63,514 nucleotides of DNA, filler included, from Octopus bimaculoides (GCF_001194135.2; 5 parts of 4 records of this genome joined end to end with filler, not necessarily neighbours in it), one strand, 5' to 3'; counted from the first letter of the whole stretch, positions 51,141-63,514 are shown. The notes: generated by a model from the letters alone, not told the origin. Translations and numbers: made by a program.

Positions 51141-52197
51141 TGAATATATGTACGTATAATTCTATCTATATATTTGTACAAATTTATGAACGCATATACG
51201 TAGGTTTATAAGTTTGTATGCAAAAATGAATGCGTATATATGTATGCATGTATGTATATATGTGTATGTATGTACATGCATTGGTATGCATATGTATTTA
51301 TGCATGTTTGTATTCATGTATATTTAGGTATATATAGGAATGTATTGAAGCTAGTTTGCCTGGGGACATGTATGCGTGTTTGGGGTATTTGTCTATGTTT
51401 ATAAATGTGTGTGTCTGTGTGCATGAATGTATGTATGTGTATGTTTGTGTGTGTTAGATGTCAATGAATGTGTATGTGTGTGTGTGTGCGTGTATGTGTG
51501 TGTGTGCGTGCGTGTATGTGTGTGTCACAGTACTTATAACATTGCAATCATAAAATCTAGGTTCACTATCGTTGGTTCTCACGCGCAGCAGGTAAATATA
51601 CATGCACACACATATACACACGCATACAGATATGCGTGAATTTCCTTGTATACATACATTTATGCATACATATACGCACCCAAATATATAAGAATAAATA
51701 TATGTATAAGTGTGTGTACACTTTAGCTAAATTTCGTCTGACTCAATCAATTTCCTGTTATAGAATTTTGTCGCAAAATATATTTATATACACACACAGA
51801 GACACACAAACATACAGATACACGCACACACAGTTACACACACACACACGCATTATTATATACATAGGCATAGAGGCAAGCTTTTGCATGTAATGTAGCA
51901 ATGTGTTAGTTCTTTACAGAAGTTAATGATGCGAGTGTGCGCGAGTATGTGTGTGTTCTTATGTGTGTATGTGTGTATTTCTCTGTAAATTGAAATTATA
52001 CGTAAACACACAGTTATAAAAGGAAATGAAGAATGTATGATATAAGTTCGCTCGTTATACACTATTTAACAATCAATATTTAGCTATGACTAACGAGGTA
52101 CTCTAACACTATTTAACAACCTGTACTTAACAATCGTTGTTTATTGCGTTCCTCAAAAACCGATCTAACAATCATTCTATCACGAATCGTTCATAAA

Positions 52198-52253
52198 ACT
52201 ATTTAACAACCACTATTGAACAATTGCTATTTAGCAATCACTATTAGGCAATC
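52198..52253 (+). repeat. Degenerate 14-bp minisatellite x4 (RCTATTTAACAATC-like), scattered units back to ~52060
   Basis: ACTATTTAACAACC ACTATTGAACAATT GCTATTTAGCAATC ACTATTAGGCAATC. Confidence 0.8.
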
Positions 52254-52874
52254 ATGTTTTATCAGTATCCGTTTAACAAATACAGGTATCTTCGTTTATC
52301 ACGAGGATTAGTTCGTTTATTACAGTGATAAATGAATTAGCGACGAAGGATAAATAGAGTGGGACGAAGGATAAATAGAGTCATTGGCATCAAATTCGTG
52401 ACCTACTGCTACAAAGATTCCAGTATCACGTATTTTCTGGATCATCTGTACCTTTTTCTGTAGAGAATACCCTAGCCTCCATCGTTTGATAGAATCAAGC
52501 GCCTTCATACTTTTCTGTTCATCTATTGATGGCTACGATTACCCAAATCCGCATTAAAAAAATATAGCCTCGTAGTTCAGTCATGTAAACACAAGCGATA
52601 GTCATTGCATTCTACGTAGCTGAGAAAATATGGTTGGTCAGTGGGGTGCTTTTATTCGGTACAAGAAGAATCTACGACTGATATCCGATCCGTATTATCA
52701 CAGATAATTCCATGATAAACGTAATTCGCTTTCACTGTTGAGCGTACTGTGCTATCCCGAATCAGCAGCGATGAATTAATCATGGCGAACGAGACTACGT
52801 AAACTAATCTACAATTGTCTTTAAGTAGTTGCCCGGTCATGAACAATTACTGTTCTGTTTCCTTCTTTTAACAG

Positions 52875-53141
52875 CTATTGGACGAAACCCACATATACAA
52901 GACTGAAAAATATGGCGGTTTAGCTGTCACACTGAAAAAATCTGGCTTCCAAATGAAAGTCCACACCGTAGAGGTGGGAGCGAGAGGGGTTGTGGGCAAA
53001 TGTGCCAATGATCTCATGAACCATCCCTCGATTTCTGGGAGCGAGAGAATCGGAGCTCTTAAAGCTATAGCAGAAGTAGCTGAGAAACGTTCCAACTGGA
53101 GCTGCTCAAACAGAAATGGAAGCGAATTTCAGAAAGCATAA
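52875..53141 (+). mobile_element. RLE-type non-LTR retrotransposon C-terminus (HERO-like), open frame
   Basis: K..KY..L..VEVGARG..G..AE..S.W pattern in THIYKTEKYGGL...VHTVEVGARGVVGK...AEVAEKRSNW; lacks the upstream PD..E catalytic residues. Confidence 0.7.
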
Positions 53142-53403
53142 TTTACCTTACAACAAACTGGCATCTCGAATGATTTAGTTACAGCATAAAGGTACCTTGA
53201 TTCTGAGGCGCCGTAAAATCCAGTCGGGTTACATTATAGACAGTGTCACAGAATGTGACAGCGGAGATTATGTAGGTATCAATGAACTGCATGCGGACCG
53301 GGCCTAAGGGAGTAAGGAGTAAAGGGCTGAAACACCTGCTTAAAGGTGGGGGCTTATTCTCTGAAGACCCCTGTTTAGCTCTCCTACGTATCATTTCTAT
53401 TAC

Positions 53404-53480
53404 AAGGCCGTGAGTTGGCAGAATCGTTCGCGCATCGAACAAAAAGCGTAGCGGCATTCCCCGGCTTATTACGTTCTGAT
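53404..53480 (+). mobile_element. SINE family C head fragment
   Basis: AAGGCCGTGAGTTGGCAGAATCGTT...TTACGTTCTGA. Confidence 0.65.
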
Positions 53481-53921
53481 ATATATTTGTGCATGTATCT
53501 CGATAAAAGCGCATATATATNNNNNNNNNNNNNNNNNNNNNNNNNNNNNNNNNNNNNNNNNNNNNNNNNNNNNNNNNNNNNNNNNNNNNNNNNNNNNNNN
53601 NNNNNNNNNNNNNNNNNNNNNNNNNNNNNNNNNNNNNNNNNNNNNNNNNNNNNNNNNNNNNNNNNNNNNNNNNNNNNNNNNNNNNNNNNNNNNNNNNNNN
53701 NNNNNNNNNNNNNNNNNNNNNNNNNNNNNNNNNNNNNNNNNNNNNNNNNNNNNNNNNNNNNNNNNNNNNNNNNNNNNNNNNNNNNNNNNNNNNNNNNNNN
53801 NNNNNNNNNNNNNNNNNNNNNNNNNNNNNNNNNNNNNNNNNNNNNNNNNNNNNNNNNNNNNNNNNNNNNNNNNNNNNNNNNNNNNNNNNNNNNNNNNNNN
53901 NNNNNNNNNNNNNNNNNNNNN

Positions 53922-53952
<31 letters not shown>

Positions 53953-54029
53953 CATACATACATATAGATGTGTATGCATGTATATATGCATGTATATGCA
54001 TATACAAGAATGGATCCAAAGGCAAGGCA

Positions 54030-54790
54030 ATTCCAGAGTCACAGACTGAGGGATTTGGAGACCAGTATGTGTAATCAAGCATCATTTCATATGCACATTA
54101 CTAAGATGGCAACAAAATGCAGACAACTGACAGGATGGATTCTAAGAAAAGAGACCAAGAAGTTGTGTTGACCCTTTGGACAACCTTTGCTCTTAGCTTC
54201 CTTGATTACTTCTCTCAGCTATTGTCATCATATAGTGACAAACTAAGAGCGGAGATTGAAGCGGTTCACCATCTCTATACTAAAGAGATTACCATCTCTA
54301 TACTAAAGAGATTGTACCAATGCAGCAGATAAACTACAGGGAGAGGTTGAAAAAAATTACGATTTTACTCCCTAGTGCGACAAATATGTAATAATCTACA
54401 CATGGAAAATTCTGGAAAGGCTAGAAGCTAATTTTGGCATTGAGTGTTATGAAAATTCCCGAACTGGACGCCATTCATACCAAATGTTCTATCAACCCCA
54501 TCTAAAGTTAGGATCCTATATTGCAGTAGCTTGGGGTTCAAAGGCCCACCGCTCTTCAAAGCCCTGCAAAAAAAAAAAAAAAAAATTAAGAAACTTGCAG
54601 GATGTGGACGACGATGTCTTCAAAATAGAACAGGACATTCTATTCTCCACAATACCGGATGAACCAACGGCCTGGCATGATGTACAGATGATGGCAGCAG
54701 TATCAAACACCCTTGTGCACCAAAGGGGCGAACAACAACAGAAGGAAAAGCACATACAGGAGTGGTGATATGAAATCCTATCATACTGAA
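54030..54790 (+). pseudogene. CR1/L2-group LINE RT C-terminal remnant
   Basis: RDQEVVLTLWTTFALSFLDYFSQLLS..EIEAVH..YTK; LRFYSL; later LRNLQDVDDDVFKIEQDILFSTIPDEP; 23-bp internal tandem duplication at 54268-54313. Confidence 0.75.
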
Positions 54791-54914
54791 GAAAGCAGCC
54801 AAAGAAGAATCATATGAAGTACAAAATTATAGTGCTGCTTCAGAATGACCGCTGTCACATGGCTGAAACGGATAAAGGTATATTTATCTATCTATATATA
54901 TAATCTATTTATAT

Positions 54915-55115
54915 AATCTTTTCTGCTAAAGGCACGAGGCTTGAAATTTTGGGGGAGAAGACTAGTCGATTACATCGACCCCAGGGTTTCACTGGTACTT
55001 GATTTCTTGACCCCGAATGGATGAAAAGCAAAGTCGACCTCGGCGGAATTTGAACCCAGAATGTAAAGACAGGCGAACGCCCGGCTTGCTAACGATTCTG
55101 TTACCTCGCTGCCTT
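54915..55115 (-). mobile_element. SINE family C, near full length
   Basis: CpG-rich copy: AAAGTCGACCTCGGCGGAATTTGAACCCAGAATG. Confidence 0.85.
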
Positions 55116-55845
55116 CCAATACGTGCATATAATGCAATCTTTATTCACGTGTGATAAAATGGAAGCATTACAGATAGGACTCGTCGGGTGATTTTCTGTT
55201 TCTGATTTGAAAACCGTGTACCATGAATGTCTGTCCGCATATATGTAACTCAGTGGAAAGAAAAATCAATAAGGAAGTAGAAAATGAGAGGCTTTACAGA
55301 GATATATAAGCGTTACAAAAGTTACAGGTTATAATTAAGTATAGAAATATATATTAATTGTCTGAATGGAGACTTTGGCATTGTGTATGTAAATTAGCTT
55401 CTATTGACCTATACCGAAGAATGGCAAAACAAATGTTACACATATGGCAATTTATGTATAATTTGTCTATGTAGTTAACTCTGTATACGACAACAATATG
55501 TGAACAATAGATAGTTTTCTTCTATGATAGAGTGGGTATAACTTGTTTTGTATCTATCGAAGTTGAAATTAATATTTCCCCATAGGTCTCAAATCTGTTT
55601 TTATTCATTTGTCAGACCTCTTTGCATATTCTCACTGGTGAGACTCCATACATAAGCAGAACAGAGATAGAAATGAGAGCATACAGTTAAACACACTGCG
55701 TACGATTAAACATATTGGATACATATTTAACACTGGTTATTGAACACTTACAAGTAAATCAACGAAAATGTAGAAGCGATTGTAGTAACCCTAGATGATG
55801 TTTAATCCCAGATCAATCTTTAATCCGTAGATTTATCATCAGAGC

Positions 55846-56196
55846 GACTGGGACTAGCTAGCTTGTACGAGACATTAAGTCACACGCATTATCAAAATTA
55901 TGTCAAACCAATAATGATATTTTGAGCGCATTTAATACGTACGTTTCAATTGCGCAATAGATAAAAAAAGGCTTTTCATCTCTTCTGCAAGATCTTCCTC
56001 AGTTAAGACATCTAAAGTAATTTGATATGTCTTAACTGGGGAAGATTTTGCATAAGAGATGAAATTCTCTTTTTATCTATGGCGCAATTATCTGAAAATA
56101 TGTATTAAATGCATTCAAAATATCATTAGTTGGTTTCACATCATTTTGAATAGGTGCTCTACCTTATGATCTGTACAAGCTAGCTAGTCCTAAGTC
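55846..56196. mobile_element. Fold-back/MITE-like element, ~165-bp arms, ~15-nt loop
   Basis: GGACTAGCTAGCTTGTAC (55851) pairs with GTACAAGCTAGCTAGTCC (to 56190); pairing continues inward to AGTTAAGACAT/ATGTCTTAACT. Confidence 0.85.
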
Positions 56197-56263
56197 ATTC
56201 ACACGGACACTTTAACTACGAGTCGGAAATTCAGGGAATTGTGCATTGCTTCAATGGATAATA

Positions 56264-56298
<35 letters not shown>

Positions 56299-56414
56299 CA
56301 GACACATATATATACATAGACACATAGACACATATGCATAAGTAGAGAGAGGTAGATGCATATATACATAGAAACATACACACACATACAAATATATATA
56401 TATGTATGTGTGTA

Positions 56415-56497
<83 letters not shown>

Positions 56498-57427
56498 TTT
56501 GATATTTAGATTCAGCCGAAAAGTACACCCTTATGTCGATGCATGCACGCAGAAATATATATTTAACATATACAAGTATAGAATGTGACTAGCCACAACC
56601 ACATGCACACATACGCACACACAAGCATATATACATGCATAAATACAAGCCTATATTTATGTGTGTGTGTGTATGCGTTTGCATGTATATGCGCGCATGT
56701 ATGCATTTATGTATATAATTTACTAACACAATTCATACATGCGTACGTATGCTTATATATATATGTATATAAACTCTATTTGTGCACACATGACGACACA
56801 TGCATGTGAGTTGCATTCATGTATGCATGTGTTTAGAGTACATTGGAGGGTATGTTTATGACCGATCACTTTCTACACCAAACACACACACACACTCTCT
56901 CTCTCTCTCACTCTCCCTACCCCGCCATATCTATTTTTGGTAAACATAATTAATTTAAAAACCCTTCATTTCATGTTACTTCATAGGCTGTGAAAGATGT
57001 AAGAGGAAGTCGTGAAATACTTATGTATTGACACAGGCATACACACACACACACGCATCAGGGGATATACACGTGAATGTATGTACGTCTGTATGTATGC
57101 GTGTATGTATGTATTTATGGATGGATGCATGTTTAAACATATATACGTATATTATATATATACACGTATATTAGTATAAATGCATATAGGTATTTATGTC
57201 TGTGTTTATACATACACACACACACACACACGCGCATAAACACAAACAAACACACTCTCACACAAACACGCACACGTGAATGTATGTATGGATGAATGTA
57301 TGTATGAATATAGATATGAATGTGTGTGAACGTGTATGTATATATGAAGATATGCATATTCTACAATGAGGTACATGTACAGATATGTGTGTGTGTATGC
57401 ATTATAGAAATATAATATATATATATA

Positions 57428-57527
57428 NNNNNNNNNNNNNNNNNNNNNNNNNNNNNNNNNNNNNNNNNNNNTTAATTAATTAANNNNNNNNNNNNNNNNN
57501 NNNNNNNNNNNNNNNNNNNNNNNNNNN
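57428..57527. other. Artificial scaffold spacer
   Basis: TTAATTAATTAA at 57472-57483 with 44 N on each side. Confidence 0.95.
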
Positions 57528-57726
57528 TATATATACATATATGCATACATATATGCATACATACATACGTATGTACGTGTGTTGATAAATATTTCAAAAC
57601 CTCACTATAACTTTATAACGGTTTATTTCATATACACATACAGACATATGTTCATATACACTCATATGAAGAAAGAGAGAGAGGCGGAAGAAGTAGACCT
57701 AGAGATATATAGACAGACATACAGGC

Positions 57727-57772
<46 letters not shown>

Positions 57773-58005
57773 TGCTTTAGTATCTATGTATGCAGAGACA
57801 TACGAACACACATGCGTACATAAAAGTACTATTCAATATAACCATTAGCTGCAATCTCCTCTTCAATAAACTCATGAATATTTTTGATTTATGCTTACTC
57901 TAAATCCCATAGATGGTTATTTCTAACCTTTATTGTCCTTGACAATATTGTTCGCCTTATTAAAAATTATGGAAGCATAGAAACCTTTCTACCATTATAT
58001 AAACC

Positions 58006-58385
58006 ATTTTTATTTACTCATATAACTATCTGTTTATTGCCAATAAACAATTTGTTCTTTTGGCATAAAGCCGAGAAATGGCAAGATTTTGCTTGGATTA
58101 TGTAATCACTGATACATGCACACGGTTGGTTCGAGACTCGTATCTCTCAGCGATACATTGAATACAACGTTTATTTCCTTTAAGTTAAAATAATCTAAAT
58201 ACTTTTTACTTAATTGAAACATGTTTAAATATGAGGAATGACTTTTATTTCCTCGTATAACTTATCTATTTTTTGCAAAAATGAATATCTACTCTTGGGT
58301 GAAAGCTGAGAAATGTATAAATTATGCTTTGATTATATAATCACCGATACATCAGTACGGCTGGTTCAAGTTTCTTATCTTTCAG
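58006..58385 (+). repeat. Diverged direct repeat, two ~143-bp units with ~237-bp period
   Basis: 58006-58150 vs 58243-58385 share TTTTATTT.CTC.TATAAC..ATCT, AAAGC.GAGAAATG, GATTAT.TAATCAC.GATACAT, GGTTC.AG, TATCT.TCAG. Confidence 0.75.
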
Positions 58386-58411
58386 GAGTGCACTCTTTCC
58401 TCCTGTCTCTT

Positions 58412-58540
58412 GAGTAAAGCTGCGATGGACTGGCGTCCCGTCCAGCTGGGGAGAACACATACGCCAAAGAAACCGGGAAACCGGGCCCATGAGCCTGGCC
58501 AAGCTTTAAAAGGGTGCATAAAAAATTATTATTATTATTT
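58412..58540 (+). mobile_element. SINE family B 3' half
   Basis: Nearly identical to 3410-3530. Confidence 0.85.
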
Positions 58541-59255
58541 GTATCTATATTTTCTGTTTAAAATTGAACAAGTAACATTCTCTCTCTCCACACACGCGCG
58601 CATATATGTATGTATACGCACATATAAATATGCATTCACGTCTGTTTACATCTGTACGTATACATATAAACCCCAATTTATAAGTTGAAATATCTATGTT
58701 GCATATATATATAAACACTTGCATATATAAAATTCTATATATGGATGTTTGTACGTGTGTGTTTGAAAGTGCGTATCAGTGTGTGTGCTTGGTGTGTTTG
58801 TGTGTGCGGGCGTGTGTGTGCGCGCATGCGTCCGTGTGTGTGTTTGACAGTTGATTAAATCATGGATTTGTTATATTATATACGACATGATTCAGATACT
58901 GTTTATTTTTCATTAACTGATATACAGGGAGAGAGATTATAAATAAATACTATATGCAAAAATTGAATCACACACACACACACATACACACACACACAGA
59001 CACACACACACGCACACACACATACATGCGCATACATGCACATATACGCACATATGTACGGATATATGTATGTACACACATACATTCATGCATATATATA
59101 TATATGTATATTCATACAACCTCGCGTGTTGTATGAACACACATAGGGTATATACACCATGTATATTAACATGCGTATAATGTTTCTGACCTTTTAGTTA
59201 TATAAATACATGCACACACGTTCATAGAGAGACACACCATCACACACATACACCC

Positions 59256-59364
<109 letters not shown>

Positions 59365-59934
59365 CATATATGTGTGTGTGTACATACAAAGGATAAAGAA
59401 GCGGAAGAAAGACAGAGAGACTGGGAAAGATGGTGGGACAGTGGGTCTGCATAAAATAACAATGAGTAGAATTAAAACAATATCGCAATTTCGTTATAAG
59501 TCCGATGGCATTATTCTTACCACTGTGTTACTTGGCATTTACCATATATCATTGCACATTTACAAACAGATCCTCCTTAGTCTCTTTTCAGACATTAATT
59601 GCATCTCTGTGAGCGCTTGTACTTTTGTACGTACGTATGTATGTACGTGTGTATATATGTATGTATGGATGGGTGGATGGATGGATGTTTGTATGCATGT
59701 ATGTACGTATGTCATTATTCAGTTTTAGTTCAAGATTTCTTGCCTATAAAGAGCCGGTTTCCAACCTAGACCCAGGTTACAGTGGCCCCTTCTGGCCTAA
59801 ATGGCAGACGAGTTTTCCGCAGTTTCTTACTGGAGAAACAGCACAGATGATTCGATCATATCGATCGATGTTTGTGTTGCTCACTTCCTCTATCAAAACG
59901 AGGTTACCTCTACAGGTGCACAATGCGCCATACG

Positions 59935-60030
59935 TCAGCACATAGCACTGACCAGTCCTAGAATCGAAACGACGATGTTCCGCTCGATCGCAAGTGCCAC
60001 TTTTTAACCACTGAACCATTTGCGTTGACG
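59935..60030 (-). mobile_element. Degenerate tRNA-derived SINE head
   Basis: Reverse complement: AATGGTTCAGTGGTTAAAAAG...CGTTTCGATTCTAGGACTGG. Confidence 0.55.
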
Positions 60031-60556
60031 CAGATCTTGTGGTGAGAGATGAAACGAATTAAGGTTCTGTGATAAATTGAAACGACGGAAATTAAGATTA
60101 TTCAAACATACTAAATCTCTCGCATCAGTAACCGTTAAATATTGACATTTTATAGCGCTCTAATACCAAAATGAATTGGCTGATAAACACTCCACTTCAA
60201 TCTCATAATGATATAATGCTGCCACTATTTGAGACATAAAAGTCTCATGAAATGACAAGTATTTTAAACAACAGGGCTATTTAAATATGTGTATATTTAT
60301 AGACTTAAATATACGGAGGAAACAACGCATTCTATATCATTATGGCTAATACCATGTCTAAGAAACGTTATTAAATATATCAGTAAATGTCTCGCGATAT
60401 TGATCGTATTGTTTGTTCCACGGTATATTTTGATTCTGTCGCTATACACATATTTAAATAGCTCTATTGTTTAAATGTTTCCCATAATATTGACCCCTTT
60501 TGTATAAGATATTTATGAATCAAATAGTTGCTCTATTGATTATTTGTTAACATATG

Positions 60557-60591
<35 letters not shown>

Positions 60592-60659
60592 TATAAATGT
60601 ATGTGTATGCGTGCTTATGTATATATGTATGTATGTATGTATGTTTTTTTCATTTTTAA

Positions 60660-60960
60660 TTTAGAGTAAATTTTCACGGACCATCTACTTGGCAACGGGG
60701 TTGTGAAGGAACATATCTTGTTTTAACCATCATCCTTTAAATATCAAGAATGTCTTGCAAATTTTTACAGTCCCAGATATGGTAACCCCATCGAAAAATA
60801 CCTTACGAATGAGAACCCAGGTTCGAAATTTCCCCAAGACACCTGATGAAGGCTGGAGGGTATATCAGCCGAAACGTTGTGTTAACAACAAACAAGATGA
60901 GGAGAAATATCCGTGAAATGTAGATACTGTGCTTAATTCCTCATCTCTTAAATATAGAAC
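60660..60960 (+). mobile_element. Penelope-like element 3'/pLTR remnant
   Basis: Carries the CTGATGAAGG..CCGAAACG motif typical of PLE termini; no RT or GIY-YIG ORF preserved. Confidence 0.55.
60838..60883 (+). ncRNA. Minimal type I hammerhead ribozyme (palindromic short stem III)
   Basis: GACAC CUGAUGA A GGCUG gagggUaUaU CAGCC GAAA CG UU GUGUU: stem I 5 bp, stem II 5 bp, AACGUU palindrome; predicted cut after U60878. Confidence 0.75.
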
Positions 60961-60989
60961 TATATCGTAACCCTTTGTAGTATATGAAT

Positions 60990-61235
60990 TAAGGCTTTGC
61001 ATTCTCTCCCAAAGATCTTAAGTTCAGCCATACTTTGCTCCAGTCGCGTTGGTATGTATTCTGTTGCTCCAATGCTAATGGGTATGCAGCTGAAAGTGTA
61101 TATTGGTTTGCCGGATTTGCAAACTCCTTACCAATGGTCCAGAGACATACTCTTTCTCTTGCATTTTCCTAACCACATTCATGCCCAGAGAGCAGCTGAT
61201 TTCCACAACAGGACACATCTTTTCTTTGTGGTCCC
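60990..61235 (-). pseudogene. RLE-type non-LTR retrotransposon endonuclease remnant (R4/Dong-like)
   Basis: DHKEKMCPVVEISCSLGMNVVRKMQEKEYVSGPLVRSLQ, frameshift, YTFSCIPISIGATEYIP fits D..k.C.vvE.scP.D.N...k..EK..Y..L...PiiiGa.G. Confidence 0.6.
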
Positions 61236-61347
<112 letters not shown>

Positions 61348-61980
61348 GTCTGTCTGTCTGTCTCTTTCTCTGTCTCTCTGTCTCTCTGTCTCTCTCTCAT
61401 ATATATGTAGTTATCTTTCTGTCTATTTGCCTGTATGTCTGTCTGTCTGCCAGACTAGTTATATATTTAATCTTTTTGTGCATCTATCTGTCTGTGTGTT
61501 TGTCTATCTGTGTCCATATGTATANNNNNNNNNNGTGTGTGTGTGTGTGTGTGTGTATGTGTGTGTGTGTGCGTGTGTGCGTGTGTGTGTGTGTGTATAC
61601 GTGTGTGCATACGTGTATAAGCGTAGCTGTCTATACCTCTCTCTTCCTTACACACACATATATACATGCATGCACACACATATATGCGTATGTGTTCTCG
61701 CTTATGCTTACGACAGTAATATACACAAACGCATATGCACATAAATATACCCATACATATATGTTTGTAGATATATATATATACATACATATATATGTAT
61801 GTATACATACATATAAATACATATATACATATTAGTGTATATACATATATGTGTATGTATATATATATATGTGTGTGTATGTATGTTATGTTCTTTTGAT
61901 TCCTACAACCACACAACTCCAGTTACATCTCGTACCTTCCCACTCACCGGTTTAAAAGAAAAGCGGCAAAAAAAAAGAAA

Positions 61981-62062
<82 letters not shown>

Positions 62063-62617
62063 ACACACACACATACAAATATGAAAACAAAAAACAAAAA
62101 TGAAAACAAAAACCAAAACAACAACAACAGCAACAAAATACGACAGCATTAACCTATAAAAAATATCTTGCCCCTCAGAATATCAAAATCAGCAACGAAA
62201 CTGAATCAACTCAAAGATTATGGTTATGCATTAAAGAGCAGCGGACGCTCTGAATAAAATATCAATATTTTATGTTTTCAGATATTTTGTTGGAAATCTT
62301 TGTTTAAACGTTAAAGTACTGTTTCAGTGATTTTAGATTCGTTTATACATCTATCGATTTTGGTGTGGAATGTCCTGTATTAAAACTTAAAATTCTGTAG
62401 ACTTGTTCAGTTTCCCTTGAATGCACTTCTGCCATTAAATTTATTCTCTATAGAGAGGCGAGTTTCCTATTGATTGGCTCTGAGTTAAAGATAAATTCTG
62501 CAGACGAAACAGACGAATAAATTGCTGTCCTCCGCGTGGTGTGCTTCGACTTTTTAGAAATAGCTGCTAAATCTTCCTCAAATTGTACTTCATTGCAGTC
62601 TATTTCATATCTAACTG

Positions 62618-62702
<85 letters not shown>

Positions 62703-63481
62703 GTATACATATGTCAGAAAAGCAGACGGCAACGTTATGACTTGATAGACATTCGGAGTAGCTGCGCTTAAGATAGTAGCAAAAGTCCCTCAATTGATAT
62801 CCTATCATCTTAATTGGAAAAAGCAAATAGGAAACATTATATGACTAGTGTGTCTTAATTATATGACCTGCTGGTCACCAGTCTAACGTTTGAGCTGCTA
62901 GAAATAATCACCAAAGTCTCTAAAATCGTTCGAAGCATTCTATGATTGATAATGTCTCTAGCTAAATAAACTGGAATGTTTTTCAACCGTCAAATCATCC
63001 ACATGATGTAAAAAAGGGGAAAAAAATCACTTTAGTTAAGGTTTTCCGACACACGTATCCTGCGGAGGTTTCGATGGTCGTAGTTGGCATCTCTTTAAGT
63101 TAGAGTCTTCTCAATCGTAGGAGATTGAGCGCTTGACAACAGCAAAGCCAACTACACGAAATATTTAATGGATGTCCAATAGATGATTTGTATTGCGCTA
63201 TGAGAAACATACCCCTACATCACTACATCAAAAAAACGTATTGGTAGTAGAATTTGAGCCGCAAAAGCTAGAATGTAGTCAGTTTAAATATGTGTGTATG
63301 TATGCGTGTTTGTGTGTGTGTGTGTGTGCATTTATATATGTATTTATAGATATGCAAATGTATCTACATATACATATGTGTGTATATATATATGTATATG
63401 TATTTATATGTATATATAAGTATATATGTGTATATATATATATATATTATATGTGTATGTGTATATATATGTATGTATGTG

Positions 63482-63514
<33 letters not shown>

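Noticed and set aside
53324-53391. GAAAC...CTGAAGA as a type II hammerhead
   Set aside because: No UH site and stem II does not pair; better explained as a 3' UTR hairpin of the RLE element.

Overview
AT-rich, repeat-dense eukaryotic genomic DNA from a gapped draft assembly. The repeat families and extreme (TA)n/(CA)n/(TATG)n density look like an octopus (coleoid cephalopod) genome; this is inferred from recognition, not from a search. Four artificial 100-bp spacers (44N-TTAATTAATTAA-44N) split the window into five segments whose adjacency is not proven. No complete gene, rRNA, tRNA gene or CRISPR array is visible, and most ORF-track entries are microsatellite or N-gap artefacts. Real content: (1) many copies of about five tRNA-derived SINE families, labelled A-E here for convenience; (2) LINE remnants (CR1/L2-group, L1/Tx1, two RLE-type); (3) mariner, Tc1 and DD37D/maT transposase remnants, two Helitron ends and two long fold-back (MITE-like) elements; (4) several minimal type I hammerhead-ribozyme motifs of the kind carried by Penelope-like elements, the most interesting signal (60838-60883 +, 28925-28967 -, an A6U variant at 24927-24962 -); (5) small phase-compatible candidate exons of unidentified host genes (+ strand 32.5-42 kb; - strand 10.7-19 kb, inside a CpG-depleted segment).
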